Part shown: in pieces, positions 56,467 to 64,000 of the stretch | Layout of the letters: each line of letters opens with the position of its first letter | Position numbering within the stretch: the stretch's first letter is position 1 | NCBI GenBank assembly: GCA_963693365.1 | Contig: CAVNZM010000007.1 | Location: 5,763,962 to 5,827,961, forward strand | Reading direction: 5' to 3' | DNA from: Amoebidium appalachense | Taxonomy: Eukaryota > Protista > Ichthyosporea | DNA: 64,000 nucleotides | Program-made: the position numbers and the translations under genes | Notes under the pieces: generated by a model | Databases searched by the model: none | Told to the model about the DNA's origin: nothing | Seen by the model: only the letters and a program-made list of their open reading frames with translations

Positions 56467-56888
56467 CAGGGTCGGGCTGGATCGCCCTTTGGCCAATCGT
56501 AACGGACAATTTCTTAATCGTAACGGGTCGGGTGGGCTCTTGAGGAGCTGCAAGCCCCGCCTACAAAATAAAACGCGGCACGCCCCTCCAGTCGCTAAAC
56601 TCAAAATAAGTGTTTTTACAAATTGAGTACCGCAAGATTACAATCCCTGGAAACTTATCGGGGCTCGATATTGCACATGAGAAGCGCTGTAGATATGTTC
56701 TTGGGGGGGAATGTGCTGTTCTTGAACAGAAATATTGAAAAATAGGGGAAATTACATATTCAAGCGCTTATAATGCTACACACCTGATACGAAAGCTGTT
56801 ACGACGGTACCCTGACCTTATTCCTATTCGTATCGGGGTCTCTCGTTAATCGTGATTACGACGATTTTTTTTCGTAATCCCTACCCTG
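56467..56888. mobile_element. Putative non-autonomous TIR element (hAT-like MITE), 422 bp
   Basis: Ends CAGGGTCGGG and CCCTACCCTG form a 9/10 inverted match. Subterminal TCGTAA motifs occur at the left end (AATCGTAACGG twice) and TTACGA/TCGTAA at the right end. No TSD is visible. Confidence 0.5.
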
Positions 56889-56988
56889 AAATCGGGGTGC
56901 AGGATAAACCAATAAAACGTAGAATTGGTGAAGGCAGCTGTGGCATTTTTCCTGTATATCGCGGCATGCGCATTATTACATCTTCGTG

Positions 56989-57125
<137 letters not shown>

Positions 57126-57517
57126 CACACACATGCACACACACGCACACGCCCATGCACACACACACACGCACACACACACGCACACACGCACACACGC
57201 ACGCACGCCCACACACACACACACACGAACACACACGCACAAGCGCACACGCACACACGCGCGCACATGCGTGCACACACGCGCACACACCAGATGCACA
57301 CAATTGTGCAAACACACACCGTTACCACTCACTGTGACACACACGGGCACACACACCGTGACACACCCACCTCTCTCTCCCTTTCTATCTCTCTCTCGCT
57401 CGAACCTCTCTCAATTCTAATCCCCCCCCCCCCTCCCCCTCCCCCCCCCCCTCCCCTCCGGATCCTCCCCCCCCCCCCCCTCCCCCCGTTTTCCCTCCCT
57501 CTCTCTCTCCCTCTCCC

Positions 57518-57623
<106 letters not shown>

Positions 57624-57660
57624 GCGCGCTCGCGAAGTCTCTCTTTCTCTCCCCCCCCCG

Positions 57661-57721
<61 letters not shown>

Positions 57722-58696
57722 ACATTACTGACACCGATGATGTGCTGGCACACACCTGTACACTTGATCTCCCAATCCTTTTATCCCCTCTCACTCCCTG
57801 TTTACCCCCCCCACCCCACCCCACACCCCCTCTTGCATAGGCACGTGCATGCACGCATTCAATACGACACAAACACACACACACACACATACATGTATGT
57901 ATATATGCATGTCACAGAAGACACAAATGTATGTGACCAGGCCAAGAAGACACAGACAGACACGAAGCCGCGTGACACCCACAGGAACACACACACACAC
58001 AACTTGAACTGTTGAATTGGCGCGGGAGGGGAGGGGGAGGGGGGAGGGGGGGGAGGAAGTAAACGGCATTGCCACATTTGAAAAAACTTGATGCAATGAG
58101 TGGAGGCCGGGGAGTGTGTGTGTTTGTGGGTTGATGGGTGGGTGGGTGGGGGGTGGAAGGGGGGGGGGGGGGGGGGGGGGGGGGATATCCACAATTGCAA
58201 GAGCACTGACCATGAGTATGTATACCTGAGGGAGCAACAGAGCTCCGGACAGGGCTGGTTACAAATGAGTTGGATGACTGTGTTGAGTGGGTACACTGAC
58301 TCGATGTCCTACACCCACAACACCCCAACTGAGTATTGTTATCTAGGCAAATAGCTCTCCTTCAAAGAATAACTAATGATTTTTATATCCTCACGGAGCT
58401 CGAGGCATAAGCATAATCAACCTTGCACATGTGTCTTTTACATCACCAAACCGAGAACGTTTCACACAAACTTAAAATAACCGGAATTGCGAAGCCAACA
58501 CTATAGATTGCAAACATCTATGGCAAAAGTGATCGAAAAAAATTCCCAGCCCTCTAATCGTGTCCAATATTCATATGGGGCAAACCTCACGCAGCGGGTG
58601 TAAACCTTTGCACATTCTGAATTGTTCCAACTGTCTCTCCCTACACATGTTTATTATCCGAGGCATATTATTCAGCAGCAAACCCGGAAGATGGAA

Positions 58697-58736
<40 letters not shown>

Positions 58737-58923
58737 AAAAAAAAAAGAAAAGAAAAAACTGGATTGTCTCCTTTTACCCCTTCTCCCCCCCCCCCCCCCT
58801 CTCCAGGGGGGCACCAAAACCCGCCGACTTTATGTTTTAGAGGCTGTAGAAGAATTCATTTAAGTTAAAACACTCGTAGACCACCCCTAAACGGGTCACA
58901 AACCAGCATTTTGCACTGCACGA

Positions 58924-60331
58924 CTACTTTTCAGCAGCCCGCACGCACGTGTAAAAGGCGTTATTGTAATAGAACAACTCTCCCTGCACCACTTCCGGAT
59001 AGGGTGTGAGCCCCTTGAACGGATTTTTCCTTCGGTCCCGCCACCACCTCCCCTCCCCACTTCTGCAACACCTCCTTATCGTCCTTTGCCTCAAATTTGT
59101 TGTAAGATGTGAAAACCGCCGGGATCTTTTTTTCAAACATGACATGCACCGTTTTCTCCCATCCGTTCATTACCTCCGGCACAGGCATGTGAATTCCTGA
59201 GTTGAACGCCAGGACAATGGTCGGGGGAATCCAATACGGGCTTGCCGCATATTCGTGGTACTTTCCCCCGTAAAACATGTACGTGCGCTTTGCACCCAGC
59301 TTGTCGCACCGGGGACATGTGCCCATGTCCATCTCCGAATTGAGCGCGTTTTTGTCCAAGATTATCGACAATTCCGGCCCGACGAAGACGACCAGCACTC
59401 GGCGCACATGCGGGAAAACATGCAAAACCTCCTCCCATACGAGCGTTGGGGGGGCCTCGTAGTCTGCCGCGCCCACAATATGAACGACGATCTCCGTTTT
59501 CTTCTTGAGCTCCTCTTTGGAGTACAGCTCGGTCAAGCCCAACACAGTTGTAAGTGGTAAAGAAAGGTCGGACGACACCACATTCAAGAACCCCGGGACG
59601 AAATTTGGGACCGAGCGCCACGAGAAATACTGCTTCCAATCGCTGGGTGGTTTAGACGCCAACCAATCAGCGGTGCCTTCTGGCGCGAAGGAAAGACGTT
59701 CCCCGTGCTCGCGGTGGTGTTTCAGATAAAGCAACTGCGAAATGTTTAGCACTTGATACTGTGGGCATGCGGACGATCCCTCGTGCCTCTGATGGTAATC
59801 ATCCCAGCACGTCGTGCAAGCGAAACCCAGGCTGCACTTTGTGCACTGTTTCAGCTCCAATGACCAGTCGGCCCCTATGCCCGGGACATGAAAACACACG
59901 TGACACACTGGTGAATTGAAAACAATGGCTGACTCGGTTGCCAGTAACCTCCTCTCTGCCATTTTTTCCAGAATTCCCTGTACGCTTTGACGAAAGATCG
60001 CAACATCTGCCGCCCTGGTAGCGTTTCCGGTAGAGAATTTCCCGTCTGATACCAACATCTCTACCCACTCTTTCCTGCTCCGGTTATTACCATTCGCATA
60101 CTCTTCCAAGCGCGCTGCCGCTGTAGCAATTGACACAGCTTCGCCAATTTTCGCTAAGAGTTTGCATGTTGGCTTGTGCTCGTTCCAATGTTTTAATTGA
60201 CAGGCGCGGTCGCAGTACCATGCCAGTTTGCACCCTGTGCATCGCTTCAGAGGTGACTTCTGTGTCCCGCAGAAACTGCAGGCACAGCCTATAGAGGCGA
60301 GGTAGGTGATGCGGGCTGTGCTATTTCGCAT
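58924..60331 (-). CDS. MYND zinc finger + MSS51-like C-terminal domain protein (intronless), with apparent +1 frameshift near the end
   Basis: zf-MYND CSFC..LKRCTGCKLAWYCDRACQLKHWNEHKPTC, then VHIVGAADYE, WEEVLH, VFVGPEL, YHEY, AFNSGIH and P.VFTSYN..EA. The family-like tail NPFKGLTP..FYYNNAFY lies in the adjacent frame after an A5 run at ~59024-59028. Confidence 0.88.
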
Positions 60332-61467
60332 GTTGAATGTGTAGCTATAGTCAGTTGAGCTGATGATGGAATGTGATGAAAGTGTGCAGGAAACAGGAGG
60401 TCAAGAAGAATGTGAGAGAAAGTGGGGAATGACAAGTGATAGTGCTATATGTACTCTATACGCCGGAGTAGTGCTCTGTGATAAGCACGCTAGCGTAGGG
60501 AGTCTCCGGAAAACTTGAGTTGAATTTGGGAGAGTTCAAAGTTATAGTTTCACTATAATCATAGAAGATGTAAGAAAGAAAGACTTGAGAGCAACAAGGG
60601 CCTCCAAAAAAAACAATCGGTAAATACTAACAATCTCAATTTGTCTTGTCAACGTGTGTGCTATCATAGCGAGTGCACGTGTACTGTGTGTTTTGTTCAC
60701 GGTGCGTGTTGTTATGTAACAACACACACGCACGCACCCACGCACCCCCGCAAAATTGCCCGCTCCTGATATGGTACCCGGGCCCGTTGTTTCATTTGAG
60801 GTTGTGACTTGTGAGAAGTCCAAAATCAGCTAACGAATGTATTTGCTGATTGGACCACAAGAAATAGCTATATTTAGCAGGTGTAAATACCCAAATATGT
60901 CCAGTATTTAGGATCTGGCGCGGAGTCGCCGAGTCGGACTATTTACACCTACACGTACGAGCTACACTTGAAGGTTATGTGCACAAACACAATGCCCGCA
61001 AGGCATGTGTTTTGTTTCCGTTTATTCTTTTTTATTTTCTGCGTGTGAGTAGTACGCCGTAGTACCAGTTGGATACATTAAATGTGCAATCATATGCACA
61101 CGTTTACTTGCTATCATAACCCACGATATCTAGCACATGATGAGCAAGCAGCGTCTCCACCAGCCACTACGAATGCAGATATGCGCGCCATTAGTCATCT
61201 GTACACGTTTCCCTTCCCAGACTTTTAAAGACGACGTGATATAATGAGAAAAGCTACATCTGTTCCTTTGCACATGCATATTACATGCATGCATATGGTA
61301 CACGTCTCTTATCACGCAACCCACATCACGCCCCCTACCGCCTCCTTGTACCGGTATTTTGGTTATACCAACATGCCTCCATCGCCACCACCCACCCCAA
61401 CCCCATCCCTCACAATAAGAATTGTCAAATTGAAAGAGAAGGTGACAAGACAGAGAAACATTCCTCT

Positions 61468-61893
61468 TTAGTGGGACCACTCCTGGAAGAAGTCGTTGCC
61501 CTTATCATCCACCACGATGAAAGCAGGGAAGTTCTCGACGTCAATCTTCCACACAGCCTCCATGCCGAGCTCGGGGTACTCAAGCACCTCGACCTTCTTG
61601 ATGCAGTTCTTGGCAAGGATAGCTGCGGGCCCACCGATGGAGCCCAGGTAGAAGCCCTTGTTGTCCTTGCAGGCCTTGGTCACGGCCTTGCTGCGGTTGC
61701 CCTTGGCAAGACTGTGTGTGTGTGTGTGGAAAGGGGTGGAGGAGGACCAGGAGCACAGGCAGAAGCAGGAGAGAAGGGCGGGGGGGGGGGGGGGGGGGGG
61801 GGGGGGGGATGTTAGCATATCAAAACCACACGAGGGTCAGAACCTCCCTCCCCCCCCCCCCCCCCCCCCCCCCCCCAAGATATAACCCCCACT

Positions 61894-61924
<31 letters not shown>

Positions 61925-62102
61925 ACCAAAAAAGAAAAGTCCTCGGATCAACACATGCACAGGGACAAGACACACGTGCACTTGCTGGCTATGGATATCA
62001 GCAGACCTGTCCTACTTGCTTTCAGACTCTCGGGCCGGGTGTTTGCAGACGAATGTGGTTATATGTCAGGGATGAAGGGGCCATATTGAATAGCGAGGGG
62101 CA

Positions 62103-62145
<43 letters not shown>

Positions 62146-62432
62146 CTGAACCGAGAACGTATGTACTACAGAAACATAAAAGTGAAAGCATCTAGTAAGT
62201 AACGCTACTGACAATCGTAAGGAAGCGTCTGGAGCAATTTCTAGCTTTTGTGCATAGCATTTTGCGCGGATGTGCCAGCACACTCTATAGCAACAACACC
62301 AACAGCAATAATATACAAAATCAATGAATGTGTGCACGCGCACGCTTGCCTTTGTGTTTACGTGGTAACGGGTAGTGAATGGGGTTGGGCTGGGGGGGTG
62401 GTTGGTTGTGGAAGTGGTAGTGGCAGTGGTGG

Positions 62433-62466
<34 letters not shown>

Positions 62467-63835
62467 GACTTACGAGATCATGCTGCCACCGTGCTTCTGG
62501 AAGAGGTCGACATAAGAGTCCATGCGGCCGGCAGTGGTGGGACCAAACGAGCTGTGGAAAGAGTTCAGTCAGGTGTGAGCACACGGAGACCTCTGACTGG
62601 AGTGCGATGGGAGGGTAGGGTAGAACATGGCATCAGTTTGTTGCATATCTTCGAGATTTTGGGCTGTTTGTGCAAGAAGAGATTCTGTCGACACGGTGGA
62701 TGAGTAGTGAATGGAATGCACTGTGCAACATCCAAGTGCCCCCCCCCCCCCCCCCCCCCTTCCCCCCCCCCCCCCCCCCCCCCCCCCCTCTCACACACAC
62801 ACACACACAAAACAAAAACAATTAATATACACAAACAAAGGGCCCGACGTGTCCCCTTGTGATCGTGCAGGAGTGTGTGTATGTGTATGGGACACTGTGG
62901 TGAATGTACGTGTCTTATCCTTTTCCATTTCTTTAGTTCGTTCTCTTCTAGTGATTTGTTCAGCTGAGTGTGTGCTTGTGCAATTGTGCGCGCCTGATCG
63001 TATATGGGTGTACGTCCGGGTGTCTTTGGGGGGAAGAGAGAGGGAGGGAGGGAAGCAGGGGGGGGGGGGGGGGATTTAGCATACCCAGAGGCCATGCCGG
63101 TGGGGGTCTTTGCTGGGCCAGCATAGTAGACAATGTGGTCCTTGATGTACTGCAGAGAGATATGGTGTGTCAGCAAGCACAGCAATATGCACTGGGGAGG
63201 AGGGGAGGGGCGGGGGAGGGGGGAGGGGGGAGGTAAAGGGTTTGAGGGGAAGAATGGAGTCTGTGTGTGCAGTTGCATTCAATTCCCATGTGTGGGAAGG
63301 GAAAGATAGACACTAGGACATGTTCACAGATTCAACTAGCAGAATATAGAATATGAAAGACTGTGGGGAAAAGGTGCGGTGGTGGGTGAACGAATGGATG
63401 AGTGCGTGGGTGTGTACATTCAAACCCTTTTGAAAAAAAGGTATGATGATTGTGGGTGGGTGGGTGGGTGGGTGCACTTGCGATTCGTGTATGCGTGTGT
63501 GCAAGTGTGCGCGTATGTACATCCAAATCGGTTTGGAAGACGTGTGGTGGTGATTGTGCTGTGCTGGTGGGTGGATATAATTTTTCAATTTATGCCTGTG
63601 TGTCTCGCCAGGCATGTTTGGGAAAACGAATGGTGGTTATGGGTGGGTGCGTTTTTCGATTCGTGTTTTCATGTCTGTCTGCGCGTGGCGTGTAAGTAAA
63701 ATTTCTGCATATACCTGGGGCAGGCCCTGGCCGGCATCGATCCTCTCCTTGAGCTTGGCGTGGGCAATGTCACGTGCCACCACCAGGGTACCGCTCAGCG
63801 ACAGGCGGGTCTTGATCGGGTACTGGCTCAGCTGC
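61468..63835 (-). CDS. Class I (Fe-S, FumA/FumB-type) fumarate hydratase, 3' exons; gene continues beyond the window
   Basis: Exons read [18 protein letters not shown] (63835-63715), [15 protein letters not shown] (~63150-63083), [18 protein letters not shown] (~62551-62473) and [45 protein letters not shown] (~61710-61468). Confidence 0.96.
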
Positions 63836-63857
63836 CTGCTCACAACAAAAACATCAG

Positions 63858-63898
<41 letters not shown>

Positions 63899-63901
63899 TG
63901 T

Positions 63902-63941
<40 letters not shown>

Positions 63942-64000
63942 GTTATTATGCAGCACACACAAGTAGATCGCAATGACGAAAAACCGTGTAGGTATGCAAA

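Overview
Intron-rich eukaryotic genomic DNA. The gene mix (animal-type transglutaminase, class I fumarase, bacterial-type acyl-CoA dehydrogenase) suggests a unicellular holozoan such as an ichthyosporean; this is inference only. Almost every intron is packed with (CA)n, (GA)n and long poly-C/poly-G tracts, which produce most of the spurious ORFs in the track. By hand-splicing GT-AG introns I reconstruct seven host genes: a 10-exon transglutaminase with a signal peptide (-), ALYREF/THOC4 (-) head-to-head with a KHDC4/BLOM7-like KH protein (+), a mitochondrial FadE5/DmdC-type acyl-CoA dehydrogenase (+), an orphan ~720-aa gene with a possible DNA-binding domain (-), an intronless MYND/MSS51-like gene (-) and the 3' part of a class I fumarate hydratase (-). 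The most notable feature is a 3.6-kb DNA transposon (32629-36256) with perfect 17-bp terminal inverted repeats. It encodes an ISL2EU-type THAP+HTH+DDE transposase and, convergently, a degraded XPG/FEN1/Exo1-family nuclease where known ISL2EU elements usually carry a YqaJ/lambda exonuclease. A near-palindromic pair of E2F-type sites lies upstream of the transposase. Several frameshifts fall in homopolymers and may be sequencing errors.
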